Below are positions 48,216 to 58,686 of a stretch of 64,000 bases of DNA, one piece after another. Location: assembly GCA_965230955.1 (NCBI GenBank), contig OZ246404.1, positions 417,184 through 481,183 on the forward strand. Direction: 5' to 3'. This DNA is from an uncultured Candidatus Saccharibacteria bacterium (lineage in GTDB: Bacteria > Patescibacteriota > CALEFQ01). Each line of letters opens with the position of its first letter. Position 1 is the stretch's first letter. A model generated the notes under the pieces. The model saw only the letters and a program-made list of their open reading frames with translations, did no database searches and was not told the DNA's origin. The translations under genes were made by a program, and so were the position numbers.

Positions 48216-50189
48216 TTAGCGCAGCATGACTTTATCTATCACGTCGTTATAGTAATCGCAGACGTAGAGAGCGGAACCGTCGGTACCGCGCTGGGCGATG
48301 CCTTTGGGATTATTCCAGCGGGTGGCACTGCCGGCGCCGGTATATAGTCCGCGCTCGCCATTCCCGGAAATGGTTCTGGTGCCGCCGGCTTCAAAGTCGT
48401 ACATGCGCACGCGTTGATTGCCGGCATCGGTGAAGTATAGATTTTGATCCGTGCCGACGATAATACCTTCCGGATAATTGAGAACCGCTTTGCGGCCGGA
48501 TCCTTCGCGATAACCAGCCCGGCCGGCGCCGGTGACGGTACTGATATTGAGCGTATTGACGTCAAGACTGCGGATGACGTGATTTTGTTTGTCGGTGATG
48601 TAGAGGCTTATCCCGTTTTTATCCAGGGCCAAGTTGTAAGGACCATTCAGTTCTGCCAATGGGCCAAAGCCGTCCTTATAACCGGCATTACCGTTGCCGG
48701 CCAGCAGCCGGGTGCGACCGCTTCTGATATCCACTTCGCGAATGCGGTTGTTACCGGAATCAGCGACGTAAAGCTTGGTGCCGGCTTTGTTTATCGCCAA
48801 TCCGGTGGGGCGGTTAAAGTAAGCGCAGCCGGATTTGCCCAAGTTGAATTCATCGGCGCAGGGTCCGCCTTCTTTGTAGGCGGAGTAAGTCCCGTAGAAA
48901 TTCGTTTTACCGGCGCCGGTTAAGTAACTGGAAGTTCGGGTGGCGATATCGAATTTGCGGATCCGGTGATTATTTCGGTCGGCCAGGTAAATGGTTTTGT
49001 TGTCCGGAGAGAGCACGATCTGGGTCGGATCGCTAAAGCGTACTTTTTCGCCGGTGCCTTCGACGTAATTATCCATCACGTGTCCGGCCAGATAGGTGGT
49101 TTTTTTGTCGACGATATTGAATTGAATCAGTTTGTTGTTTTGCACGAAATACATTTTCTGTCCGTCGGAAGACCAAGCGATGGCATGAGGTCGGCCGAGG
49201 ATCGTTTGGGTCAAGGTGCCGTATTGGTCGCCAAACCGGTGGATACCGGCCACTTGTTTTTCGTCCTGTCCGTCCATATCGAATGAAAAAATCGAAGATC
49301 CGCCGCCAAACAAGACATAGAGCCGATCATTATAGATCTTGGTATCCGAAGCCCAATTGAGCCATTCGGTTTCCCGGCGGGAGGAGAGTAATGTCTTTTT
49401 CCCGCTGGCAATTTCAATTTTATAAATTTCATTATTGACGCCCTGTTTGCCGCCGGTCACGTAGAGATATTTTCCCTGGTAGGCCGCAATTCCGCCCAGA
49501 TCCTGGAATCCGCCGGCGAGACGGCGCTGACTGTTCACTTTGGTCAGATCGACTTCTACGATACTGCCGTTTCCTTCATTCACGGCATAGAGTTTTCGGC
49601 CGACCCAATCCAGTTTGGTGGGGCGCGACATCGGAGCGGCTACCACTTTCGGGATGCCTCCATCGAGGCCGACTTTAACAATGCGATTATTGCCAGTGTC
49701 GGAAATGTAGATTTCGTTCCCGCGGATAGTTAAACCGCGCGGTCGATTCAGGCCGGGAACCGGCAAAGTGATAATACTGGTACCCTCAACTCGGCGAATA
49801 ACGCTATTGAGTGTATCAGCGATATATAGTCGGTTGATGCGATCCAGGGCGACCGCTTCCGGTTCGGCGGTAGTGCCCATCGGGCGGAAACCGTCTTTCT
49901 TGCCGTATTCTCCGCTGACATTGGCGTAACTGCTGATTTTGGTGGTTTTACCGTCAATTTGACGAATGGTGTTGTTCTTGGTATCGGCGATAAAAATATT
50001 GCCTGATTTGTCGATGACAAACCCTTGCGGGGCATCGAGATAGGCATCAATCGCTTTCCGCCCGTCATAGATGTTGCGCTGTCCAAGATAGCGCGAGGTG
50101 TCTCCGACCGCTGCATGAGAAGCAACGGGTAGGAGGGTGAGGATCGAGGCGGCAACCAGCAACCCCGTGATCCATAGTGATCGCTTCAT
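48216..50189 (-). CDS. Secreted NHL-repeat beta-propeller protein (tandem propellers)
   Basis: Signal peptide and at least ten NHL-type repeats (YIADTLNSVIRRV, YISDTGNNRIVKV, YLADRNNHRIRKF, YVADSGNNRIREV, YITDKQNHVIRSL, YFTDAGNQRVRMY). Confidence 0.75.
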   Translation of the reverse strand: MKRSLWITGLLVAASILTLLPVASHAAVGDTSRYLGQRNIYDGRKAIDAYLDAPQGFVIDKSGNIFIADTKNNTIRQIDGKTTKISSYANVSGEYGKKDGFRPMGTTAEPEAVALDRINRLYIADTLNSVIRRVEGTSIITLPVPGLNRPRGLTIRGNEIYISDTGNNRIVKVGLDGGIPKVVAAPMSRPTKLDWVGRKLYAVNEGNGSIVEVDLTKVNSQRRLAGGFQDLGGIAAYQGKYLYVTGGKQGVNNEIYKIEIASGKKTLLSSRRETEWLNWASDTKIYNDRLYVLFGGGSSIFSFDMDGQDEKQVAGIHRFGDQYGTLTQTILGRPHAIAWSSDGQKMYFVQNNKLIQFNIVDKKTTYLAGHVMDNYVEGTGEKVRFSDPTQIVLSPDNKTIYLADRNNHRIRKFDIATRTSSYLTGAGKTNFYGTYSAYKEGGPCADEFNLGKSGCAYFNRPTGLAINKAGTKLYVADSGNNRIREVDIRSGRTRLLAGNGNAGYKDGFGPLAELNGPYNLALDKNGISLYITDKQNHVIRSLDVNTLNISTVTGAGRAGYREGSGRKAVLNYPEGIIVGTDQNLYFTDAGNQRVRMYDFEAGGTRTISGNGERGLYTGAGSATRWNNPKGIAQRGTDGSALYVCDYYNDVIDKVMLR

Positions 50190-50199
50190 TTTGGTTTAT

Positions 50200-50571
50200 T
50201 TAATGATTTTTATAATTATTGATGGCGGCACGCAAGGCGTCAGCCGAAAAATTGGAACAGGAAAGTTTCTGTTTTGGTAGGCCGCCCAAAGCGTCAGCTA
50301 CATTTTGGTTGGTGATTTTTTCGGCGTCTGTGATTGTCTTTCCTTTGACTAGGGTTGTCAAAACCGAACTGGCGGCGACAGCGGCCACGCATCCCAGAGT
50401 TTGGAACTTAACTTGTTCTATTATACCATTTTTGACCTGCAAAGAAATCTTAATAGTATCGCCGCAACTTGGATTGCCGATCATTGCTTGTCCATTGGCG
50501 TTTGGGAGTTCGCCGTAGTTGCGGGGATGCTCAAAATGGTCGATAACAGTGGGGGAATAATCTAATTTCAT
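50200..50571 (-). CDS. Fe-S cluster assembly scaffold, IscU/NifU N-terminal domain
   Basis: Three conserved Cys in the NPSCGD, LGCVAAVAASS and CSNFSA blocks; 123 aa. Confidence 0.75.
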   Translation of the reverse strand: MKLDYSPTVIDHFEHPRNYGELPNANGQAMIGNPSCGDTIKISLQVKNGIIEQVKFQTLGCVAAVAASSVLTTLVKGKTITDAEKITNQNVADALGGLPKQKLSCSNFSADALRAAINNYKNH

Positions 50572-50660
50572 GCGTCCATTTTAGCACTTTTGGCGAGAAT
50601 CTCCAATTCTTTTCAAAATACTAATAATCTGGTAGAATAAACATAGCTGGATAGAAAAAT

Positions 50661-51137
50661 ATGACACAAACTAACATAATTTTTCGAGAAACCCAGAAAG
50701 GACCTTGGTGGATATGGGGTATCGGCTGGGCGTATATAGCTTTGGCGGGATATATCGCCTGGGAATTTCAGCGCTGGGGGAATGTTCTGGCCGCTTGGTG
50801 GATTATTCCGATACTCATGGTGGCCATGATAGTATTTTTGTTTCTGAATTTTACTCGCCTCAAGATTGTGATTACCGCCGAATTTTTAGAAGTATCCTTT
50901 GGTTTGTTTCACCATCGCATTGAGCGCCGGAAGATAACCGGGTTGCATGTTCTTTCGATCGGATTTCGGGAAACCGGCGGTTTGGGTTTTCGCCGTACCG
51001 GTGAGGGGCTGGATGTTTGGAATGTTCGTTTTGGCCCGGTGGTTCGGGTGGATAGCCAGAGCCAAAATCGACCGTTTGCTTTTTCTTCCGATCATCCTGA
51101 TAAAATTATAGCAGTCTTGACCGATAAAAAAAAATGA
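50661..51137 (+). CDS. Hypothetical membrane protein (two TM helices plus a cytoplasmic beta domain)
   Basis: Only the ORF is supported. Confidence 0.35.
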   Translation: MTQTNIIFRETQKGPWWIWGIGWAYIALAGYIAWEFQRWGNVLAAWWIIPILMVAMIVFLFLNFTRLKIVITAEFLEVSFGLFHHRIERRKITGLHVLSIGFRETGGLGFRRTGEGLDVWNVRFGPVVRVDSQSQNRPFAFSSDHPDKIIAVLTDKKK

Positions 51138-51523
51138 CCAGAACTTTTTTATTGGTATTATTTATGCTTGCCGGAGCCATGGTTTTTATAGGCTGTGGCG
51201 AACAAGCTAATGAGGCAACCCAAAAGACGGTTGACACTCTTACGGGCATAGATAAAGTCGAAACCGGGCAACAGGCCACGAAAGACTTGGCGGTCGCTCA
51301 GTGTCAGGCATTGTGGCAACAGAGATTCGCTCTGGGTGAAGATTTGTCCAGCGGTCCTTGCCTGGCGGATGTTATTACGACTGATTGGTCTTGTGATGTT
51401 GTGCACTCTCCGCGTATAGCAATTGATGACCTTTCCGCTAACCAGTGTTCGGCTTATCGTAACGGGGAGACTCATCATTTTGTCGAGCTGGATACCAGTG
51501 GTAAATTAATTAAAGCTCAGTAA
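51134..51523 (+). CDS. Hypothetical lipoprotein
   Basis: Signal peptide with a lipobox (FIGC). Confidence 0.4.
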   Translation: MTRTFLLVLFMLAGAMVFIGCGEQANEATQKTVDTLTGIDKVETGQQATKDLAVAQCQALWQQRFALGEDLSSGPCLADVITTDWSCDVVHSPRIAIDDLSANQCSAYRNGETHHFVELDTSGKLIKAQ

Positions 51524-51527
51524 TTTT

Positions 51528-52793
51528 ATGAAAAAATATCTCCGTCTTTTATTCATTTTAAGCCTGTTGTTCGGAGCCCTGGGGATTGGCTCTGAAGTTT
51601 CCGCACAATCGGCATATGTTGATCTCTCCGCGGAGGAAGTGACGGCGGGCTATATTTTCAGCCAAGCCGGTTTTGAATTACAAATCAAACCACATGTTTT
51701 ATCGGAAAAAGCGACCTTGGCGTTTAAGGATCTGGGAGATGATTATCCGGCAATTAGCGGCTATAACCGAATCAGTGATATTTATCAGTATGATGTTCGC
51801 TTGGCACATCCTCGTATTTTGGAACAGCGATTGATCGCCAAAATAAAATTTGATTCCGCCAAAAACAACAGCAAGCAAATCTATGCCTGGGATCGAGCCA
51901 AGGCCAAGTGGCTGCCTCTGCCGACCGGCATCGATTGGGATAAAAAGGAGGCGGTGACGGAAGTTCCTTTTCCGTTCTTGAATATTGCTGTTTTTGAAAA
52001 TCAACGGCCGTATCGAGAGCAATTAAGTTCAACCGGACAGCCGGGCTTGATCGCTCGAGCCGCTGTCAGTATTGATGCTCAGACCGGTGAGATCTTGTAT
52101 CAGAAAAACGCCACCCGACAGCACTCGATGGCCAGTCTGACCAAAATGATGACGGCGCTGGTTTTTCTGGATCACAATCCCGGCTGGCAAAAACAAGTTA
52201 CCATGGTGGCGGCTGATAATGTCGGGGGAGCTACCGTCAATTTGAATGCGGGCGATGTTGTCACGGTTCGAGATCTGTTCGCGGTCATGCTAGTTGGGTC
52301 GAGAAATAATGCCGTCAAAGCTTTGGTGCGCGCTTCCGGGCTGTCGGAAAAGGATTTTGTTGTTGCGATGAATGAAAAGGCCGCCAAGCTTGGTTTGGAA
52401 AAAACTCATTTCGAAGAAACCACCGGGCTGAGCGCCGGCAATATGACTTCGGCGCTGGATTACGCCCGGCTGAGCCAAAAGGTTCTGCAGAAGAGTGAAA
52501 TTCGCTGGTTTTCTTCACTGCCGATGTATGGTTTTTCCACCAAAAACACTCGTCGGGCTTTGGCGGTAAACAATACCAACAAGCTGGTGCGCGGGTCGCG
52601 ACCGCTGATCGGCGGCAAAACCGGTTTTACTTACGAGGCGGGATATTGCCTGATGACTTGGCAAAAGAAAGAATCCGGCCGGAGCGGGGAAATTGTTAAT
52701 GTCGTTTTGGGGGATCCGCACTACGCGGATACTTTTAGTGATACGCAGAGAGTGTCTGACTGGGTTTTTAGCGCTTATCGCTGGAATTTATGA
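51528..52793 (+). CDS. dacA: D-alanyl-D-alanine carboxypeptidase (S11, PBP5/6-like) with an N-terminal extra domain
   Basis: SxxK (ASLTKMM), SxN (SRNN) and KTG (KTGFT) motifs, plus a signal peptide. Confidence 0.75.
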   Translation: MKKYLRLLFILSLLFGALGIGSEVSAQSAYVDLSAEEVTAGYIFSQAGFELQIKPHVLSEKATLAFKDLGDDYPAISGYNRISDIYQYDVRLAHPRILEQRLIAKIKFDSAKNNSKQIYAWDRAKAKWLPLPTGIDWDKKEAVTEVPFPFLNIAVFENQRPYREQLSSTGQPGLIARAAVSIDAQTGEILYQKNATRQHSMASLTKMMTALVFLDHNPGWQKQVTMVAADNVGGATVNLNAGDVVTVRDLFAVMLVGSRNNAVKALVRASGLSEKDFVVAMNEKAAKLGLEKTHFEETTGLSAGNMTSALDYARLSQKVLQKSEIRWFSSLPMYGFSTKNTRRALAVNNTNKLVRGSRPLIGGKTGFTYEAGYCLMTWQKKESGRSGEIVNVVLGDPHYADTFSDTQRVSDWVFSAYRWNL

Positions 52794-53536
52794 ACCGAAA
52801 AATACTGGCTATAATTTTAGGTGCCGGCGGCGGTTTGTTTACCGGCGCCAGTTTGGTGTCCTTGGTTTTCTATCCCAGTTACTTGCTGGCGGAATTTTTT
52901 GGCGGCTTGGCGGCAATTTTGATTTTGGCTGTTTTTGCCCTGGGAGAAAAACGACGACAGCGCTGGACAAGTATTTTTTTGGGCGCGGTGATTGTGACGG
53001 GTAATTTTTCTTTTGTCTTGCTCTTGGCCGGGACGCCTTTGCGTTGGATTATGATAGCGGTAGCCGGGTTGATGGCTGGTTTATGGTGTTGGAATCTCGG
53101 ACGGGAAACAATCAACGGCGGACTTAACCGCGGTCTGGGTTTGATTGCCTTGTTTTTTATTACCTATGGATTGGATACCATCGGTAATTTTTTCAGTTTA
53201 GTCCAATGGCAATTGATTGCCGGGCTCTTTTGTCTGATTCTGATGGTCGCCGGACCGGCTCTGGCGGTATTGGGAGAAGCTTCTTCCAAAGTTTGGCTCT
53301 ATTCCTTGGTGATCAGCCTGGGATTGGTCCAGTTGTGGTGGTGCCTGGAATTTTGGCCGACGACGCTAATGACAAACAGTTTGGTCATAGTCGCGGCGGC
53401 TTATTTTTTCCTTAGTATCGCCAGTCGGGCCTTGGTCGGCAGTCTTGACGCCCGTAAAATTTGGCAGTATGGTTTAATGTCGGGATTGATAATCGCTCTA
53501 GCCTTACTGACATCTCCTTGGCTATTAACTATGTAA
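52790..53536 (+). CDS. Hypothetical polytopic membrane protein
   Basis: Seven to eight TM helices; its start overlaps the dacA stop. Confidence 0.4.
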   Translation: MNRKILAIILGAGGGLFTGASLVSLVFYPSYLLAEFFGGLAAILILAVFALGEKRRQRWTSIFLGAVIVTGNFSFVLLLAGTPLRWIMIAVAGLMAGLWCWNLGRETINGGLNRGLGLIALFFITYGLDTIGNFFSLVQWQLIAGLFCLILMVAGPALAVLGEASSKVWLYSLVISLGLVQLWWCLEFWPTTLMTNSLVIVAAAYFFLSIASRALVGSLDARKIWQYGLMSGLIIALALLTSPWLLTM

Positions 53537-53539
53537 TCA

Positions 53540-54667
53540 ATGCGCGCCCTTTGGGTTTTTCTCTTGGTTATCATTGCGTTGATCGCCGGTATTATCGGCG
53601 GTGTTTTCACTAACTTCTGGCTTTTCCCGAAATTGGCAGAGATTCCGGCTTTTCAGGAGTATCTGCAATTGGATCAAGAAGGTCATACGATAGTGAAATT
53701 GATTGAAAAAGAAAAAGAAGTCATCACCGAAGACGAAGCGATTTTCGAGGCCTTGGAATTAAGTAAACCGGCGATGGTTTCGGTCGTATCGCAGTCGTCC
53801 GTGCCGGTTGATGCTTCACGTTTGTCCGGGACCGGTTTTTTCGTTTCGGCGGATGGCTTGGTTGCGACCAATAAACATTTGATCGGAGAGGGCGGAGCCG
53901 AACTTTCGGTGATCGATCGCAAAAATAATGTACATCGCGCTGTTCTGGTAATTCGCGATCCCTTAAGCGATTTGGCTTTGCTGAAGGTCGAGGGTGATAA
54001 TTTCCCCGTAGCGAATTTAGCCTCGGCTGATTCTGTTCAGCCGGGCCAGCGATTGATAGTTCCCGGCTCCGGGCTCGGCCACAATGCCGGTTTCGTGACT
54101 ACCGGATCGCTCTCGGCTACGAACCGGGGGATTGCCAGTCTGGGATCGGTTGAGATGGTCAGTCGTTTAGAAGGCGTGCTGGAAATTGAGGCTCTGGTAA
54201 ACAAAGAAAATACCGGTGGTCCGGTCTTGAATTATAATGGCCAGGTAATTGGTTTGGCGACAGATTTGGTTGGCGGCGGTCAATTAAGCTATGCTATTCC
54301 GGTTGAGATTTTGCGCGACGTGATAGATAAATATACGGATAAGCAATCACTGGTTCGATCGACACTCGGCTTGCATTATCAGACGATAACGCCCGATATC
54401 GCCCACCTGGAAAAATTGGAGGTCGAGCACGGGGCTCGTCTGCAGGGAGCCAGCGGGACATTAGCGGTAACGATTGGCGGTCCGGCATATCGAGCCGGTC
54501 TTAAGCAGGGAGATATTATCACCAAGCTTAATGGGGAAGATATCGATTTCCGAGTCGGATTAATGACTGAGTTGCAAGAGTTTAATCCCGGCACGGAAGT
54601 AGAAGTGACTTATTGGCGAAATGGCCAGGAACTAAAAGCCGTAGTGGTGGTAGGGGAAAGCAGGTAG
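53540..54667 (+). CDS. HtrA/DegP-like trypsin-fold protease with a C-terminal PDZ domain; Thr replaces the nucleophile Ser
   Basis: TM anchor, a His block (VATNKHLI), an Asp block (DLALLKV) and a PDZ domain. The position of the nucleophile reads ENTGGPV, where HtrA consensus is GNSGGP. Confidence 0.6.
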   Translation: MRALWVFLLVIIALIAGIIGGVFTNFWLFPKLAEIPAFQEYLQLDQEGHTIVKLIEKEKEVITEDEAIFEALELSKPAMVSVVSQSSVPVDASRLSGTGFFVSADGLVATNKHLIGEGGAELSVIDRKNNVHRAVLVIRDPLSDLALLKVEGDNFPVANLASADSVQPGQRLIVPGSGLGHNAGFVTTGSLSATNRGIASLGSVEMVSRLEGVLEIEALVNKENTGGPVLNYNGQVIGLATDLVGGGQLSYAIPVEILRDVIDKYTDKQSLVRSTLGLHYQTITPDIAHLEKLEVEHGARLQGASGTLAVTIGGPAYRAGLKQGDIITKLNGEDIDFRVGLMTELQEFNPGTEVEVTYWRNGQELKAVVVVGESR

Positions 54668-54823
54668 AGAAAGGGGTCTTTAGTCTATGTCTTTGGTCTG
54701 TGGACAAAAGAGAATGCGGTTCGAGACTGCTCCGGGAGCAGTATTTTTTACCCCAATATCCTTGACAAAAGAGTGGTATTGTGATAGGATTTGAAGTTAG
54801 TAATTTTTACTTAATTTTAGCCT

Positions 54824-55708
54824 ATGAAAGGCACTTATTTACAAGTGATTAAGCACCAGTGGAAACTGATTGTTTCGGTGGTTATTGTCGCGGTCGTATT
54901 GAGCTTGGTGCTTTCCGTTATGCAAAAACCGATGTATCGGACTTCGGCGGAGCTTTTAATTGTGCCAAAAAATTTCGGCACCAACGATATATATACTTCG
55001 GCCAAAGCGGCGGAGCATTTAGCGCTGACCTTTTCCGAAGTCGTCTATACCAATTCATTTATGGCGTCGGCTTTGGGTAATAGTGCCGGCTTGTCTGATA
55101 ATTTCGGAATTTCTTCGCTGGACCGCAAAGAAAATTGGGCCAAGGCGATCGAGACTAAGGTTGTCAGCAATACCGGATTTTTGCAAATTGATGCGTATGC
55201 GCCGGACAAGCAACAGTCATCGCTTTTGGCTTATGCCATTACCAATACACTGGAAAAGCAGGCTAATCAATATTTGGGTCAGGAAGACAGTGTTACGGTC
55301 AAGGTGATAGATAATCCGATCACTTATGATCAAGTAGCCAAACCGAAAGTCGCCCAAAATGTTTTATTGGGTTTGATTCTCGGTATCTTGGCCGGTGTCG
55401 GCTTGGCTTTTGTTTTTCCTTTGGAGCGACAATCCAATTTTTTTGATGCAATTGCTAAATTACGCCGGAAAAATAATGAAATTACTCCTGAACAAGTTTT
55501 TTCAGCCAATCCTAACGAGGCTGGCGAACTGGAAGCCTCGACTGTGCCGGTGGCGGAAGAACAACCTGCGGCCATCCCGGCTGATTTGCCGGTAGCCGAA
55601 ACGGCGGCTACAGAGTCGTCTAAAATCGCCGTGGCGGAAAATGAGCCGATTGAATTGTCGCATGAAGAAAAGTCCGATCATTGGTTGAAAACCGGTGAAT
55701 TGGCTTAG
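54824..55708 (+). CDS. Wzz/polysaccharide co-polymerase-like (chain-length determinant) protein
   Basis: N-terminal TM helix, a periplasmic Wzz-like segment (YRTSAELLIVPK...) and a second TM helix (LLGLILGILAGVGLAFVF). Confidence 0.55.
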   Translation: MKGTYLQVIKHQWKLIVSVVIVAVVLSLVLSVMQKPMYRTSAELLIVPKNFGTNDIYTSAKAAEHLALTFSEVVYTNSFMASALGNSAGLSDNFGISSLDRKENWAKAIETKVVSNTGFLQIDAYAPDKQQSSLLAYAITNTLEKQANQYLGQEDSVTVKVIDNPITYDQVAKPKVAQNVLLGLILGILAGVGLAFVFPLERQSNFFDAIAKLRRKNNEITPEQVFSANPNEAGELEASTVPVAEEQPAAIPADLPVAETAATESSKIAVAENEPIELSHEEKSDHWLKTGELA

Positions 55709-55755
55709 CTATATTTGATTCATAGTGTCTGTTTTTTCTAAAACGAGAGGAGGTT

Positions 55756-56277
55756 GTGATGAAGAGGTTTCTTCCCCTGTTTGTACTGGTCGTTTTCTCG
55801 GGGTGTCTGAATCGTCAGGGCCCATCGATTGTAGAACAATTCTGCTTGATGGGTGTCTCGTCGGATGATTCCGGCATGGAATATCGGCCGTTGCCGATGG
55901 AGGCTGGTCTCGTTCCCGGGTTGTTGGCTTATCAGTATGATATCGAAAGCCAGCAGCTGACGACATTGTTCCGGATCGACTGGTTTTGCTATCGTTCCGA
56001 GGTCAATCCCGCGACGATTGCAACATTGGTTGATGAAATGTATCGGGGGCGAATAATTGACTCATTAATCGATTCTGAGACTGGCCAGATCAGGGGCGAC
56101 GCTGAAGATTACTTTGCCGATGGTTCAGCCGACAGGCGGTTGAACTGGTTGGTGAACGAAAGCTTGTTGGCTCGGAGAATCGAGGCTTCCGTCCGGATCC
56201 GAATCGTTGGAGCCGAGCTCTGGAATACCGGCGAAATCAATGATTGGCCGGTGTGGACCTGGGCCGACGAAAAATGA
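55756..56277 (+). CDS. Hypothetical lipoprotein
   Basis: Lipobox VFSGC and a terminator hairpin at 56278-56310. Confidence 0.4.
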   Translation: MMKRFLPLFVLVVFSGCLNRQGPSIVEQFCLMGVSSDDSGMEYRPLPMEAGLVPGLLAYQYDIESQQLTTLFRIDWFCYRSEVNPATIATLVDEMYRGRIIDSLIDSETGQIRGDAEDYFADGSADRRLNWLVNESLLARRIEASVRIRIVGAELWNTGEINDWPVWTWADEK

Positions 56278-56347
56278 AAGTAGCCCGCCGAAGGCGGGCT
56301 ACAAAGGACGTGATCGCGCTTGCGTGATCCGCCCTTTTTCTTTTGAT

Positions 56348-57610
56348 CTATTTTTTGGGGCCGGTTTCGAGTATTTTTTTCACATTTTCTCGAAAATCGG
56401 TTGAAGGTAAGCGGTAATGGGTTTTTTTCGCGCCTTCGGCTATTTCATGGAGTCTGGTGCCGGAACGCGGGGACTTTTCGCCCGGTAAGGTCAAGGGAAA
56501 ATCGGGAGGCAGTTGTTCGTCTTTGATTATCAAACGATCGGCCCAACTGGGATTGGCTTGAGCGAGTTGCTCCGGAGTCATCCCGGCTTGGGCGGCTAAT
56601 TCACTGGGGCGCGGATGGTGAGTTTCTCCGAGGTGATACTGCAGTGTTTGTCCCGCTTGCAGATGGCGAGGATTATCGATTTTGTTCCAGCGCCTCAGGT
56701 TTTCTTCAGTCACTCCGAGATAGCGGGCGATTCGGAACAGTTTCTCGCCCTTTTTGACGGTATAGGTCTGACTGGGGCGAGTCTCGGATAAGTGAAATTG
56801 ATATTGCGTGGCGATTACCGGGGCTTCCAGCCGACCGGCGTCGGTCAGGTGCTCTTGGAAAAGTTGTCTGGTGGCAAAAAAGCGGGGAAGATAATTCAGC
56901 CTTTCTTTGGCGGAACTCTGGGTGAAAGCATCTATTGAATTACGCTCTTGCATAACATGTTTGATATATTCTTTCCAATCGTCCTCAAAGCGCGAGGCCA
57001 TGCCGGAATGATAAGCTTGGATGGCTTTTTCCCAAGAATCAATTCTCTGGCCGTTATCGCGCAAGTTTTTCAGCAGTCTGGCGGCGGCTCGACTGGCTAA
57101 AAAAGGATCGCGTCGTTCGTCGATTTTTGGGGAAACAGTCAGTCCGAAAGATTTGGCGGTCGCTTCGGTGAATTGGAAGGGGCCGTGAGCTTGGCGGTGT
57201 GATTTTGCTTTGAATTCAAATCCGCTTTCGGGCAGAGCCAGCAGGGCTAATTGGGCAGGCACGCCTTCCTGTCGGAAAATTTCCATGGCGTGGGGAAGAT
57301 ACGGGGCCGCGGCTTTCAGCCGTTCTTTGAAATCTGTTTTTAGTTTAGCTTTTTCTAATTTAATCAGATCTTTAATGAAAAGATCTTTTGGTTCGGGGAT
57401 CTCGGCGAACAGTCGTTGGAATAGTTCCGCCGGTTCGCGCTCTGGAGTTTCTGGCTGGGGCGTGATTTCTTTTTTTGTCTCGGTGGCTGACCGATCTCCG
57501 CGTAGGCCCATTACCAAACCGGTTCCGACCGTGGCGAGTTTACTCGATTTTATCAGGAATTCACGCCGGCTCATTGGTTGTTCGAGGGGGGATGGTCCGC
57601 GTTCACCCAT
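56348..57610 (-). CDS. Lytic transglycosylase (SLT domain) with a LysM domain and a Tat-like signal
   Basis: RREFLIKSS twin-arginine-like leader; SLT catalytic block ESGFEF...HGPFQF; LysM (YTVKKGEKLFRIARYLGV...LQAGQTLQY). Confidence 0.7.
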   Translation of the reverse strand: MGERGPSPLEQPMSRREFLIKSSKLATVGTGLVMGLRGDRSATETKKEITPQPETPEREPAELFQRLFAEIPEPKDLFIKDLIKLEKAKLKTDFKERLKAAAPYLPHAMEIFRQEGVPAQLALLALPESGFEFKAKSHRQAHGPFQFTEATAKSFGLTVSPKIDERRDPFLASRAAARLLKNLRDNGQRIDSWEKAIQAYHSGMASRFEDDWKEYIKHVMQERNSIDAFTQSSAKERLNYLPRFFATRQLFQEHLTDAGRLEAPVIATQYQFHLSETRPSQTYTVKKGEKLFRIARYLGVTEENLRRWNKIDNPRHLQAGQTLQYHLGETHHPRPSELAAQAGMTPEQLAQANPSWADRLIIKDEQLPPDFPLTLPGEKSPRSGTRLHEIAEGAKKTHYRLPSTDFRENVKKILETGPKK

Positions 57611-57611
57611 A

Positions 57612-58427
57612 TTATTTTTGGGCCACTAAATTAATGCCTAAAATTGCCCGGCTCAAGAAAGTATGGCGTTTTTCTTTGGTGACGTGACTTAGTTTCTCTT
57701 CGTGGGCCAAGGTCGACTCTAAGGACTTCCGCCAGTACCAGCCTCGACCGCCCCAGTAGGTGGAGCAGGGAGTAAATCCTACTTGCCTGAGCAGATCGGT
57801 CAGTTCGCGATAAGTATATTCGTGCAGATGAAATCCTTTGGCGGTAGCACTGAAATATTTTGAAATATCATGCGGTCCGGAGAGGCGATTGGGAGTAATT
57901 ATGAGATACCGCCCGCCGGTCTTTAACGCCCGGAAAATATTCCCCAGCTGTTTTTTAGCGTCATCGGGATGAAGATGTTCCATGACTTGATTGCTATAAG
58001 CCAGTTCGATGGAATTATCGGGCAGGTCCAGATTGATTCCGTTGGTGATTTTTACCTCCAAATTTTCGGGCAGTTGGCCGGAGGGGATGATCTGACTCGA
58101 AACTTCTTGAGCGATTACTTTTTTCACTAGCGGGGCGACCGCCGAAGATAATCGGCAATCACCGGCACCGATTTCCAGGAAAGTCATTTCCCGGTTCAAA
58201 TATCGGCGCAGTAGTTTTAGCTTCTGGTTTACCCGTTTGGCGGAAAATTCCGGATCATTTTTTTGATCAAGCTGAGGATGATCGGGGACACGTTTAAAAA
58301 GCTCATCGTATAGCTGACCATAAAGAGTGGGTCGCTGATCCGCCGGGGCTTGGCGGAGTCGTTCCGCCAGTTCTTTTTCCACTTCAAAATGGCGTCGTTT
58401 CTGTTCAATTGTGCGGTTGTCATTCAT
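57612..58427 (-). CDS. Class I SAM-dependent methyltransferase
   Basis: Motif I FLEIGAGDCRLS and an acidic post-I residue. Confidence 0.65.
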   Translation of the reverse strand: MNDNRTIEQKRRHFEVEKELAERLRQAPADQRPTLYGQLYDELFKRVPDHPQLDQKNDPEFSAKRVNQKLKLLRRYLNREMTFLEIGAGDCRLSSAVAPLVKKVIAQEVSSQIIPSGQLPENLEVKITNGINLDLPDNSIELAYSNQVMEHLHPDDAKKQLGNIFRALKTGGRYLIITPNRLSGPHDISKYFSATAKGFHLHEYTYRELTDLLRQVGFTPCSTYWGGRGWYWRKSLESTLAHEEKLSHVTKEKRHTFLSRAILGINLVAQK

Positions 58428-58686
58428 ATCTTATATAAGCCATGTTAGCGCATTATTCCTGACTTGACAAATGAAATGAGATGTGCTAGTGTTGCCTGTC
58501 GATTATGTTTTAACAATTTCGTGATTGACTGCCGAAAAAAGCTTTTCTGTAGCCAATCTCTCGGGAGTCCGTCTCTCCGGAGTTTGCATATATGTAAGCT
58601 CCCGGGGCGGGTGCTCCTGGGAAGACAGTTTGTTTTTTAACAACTGAAACGAGAACTAGAGATGCCGAAAGGCAGGAGGTGTGGAA

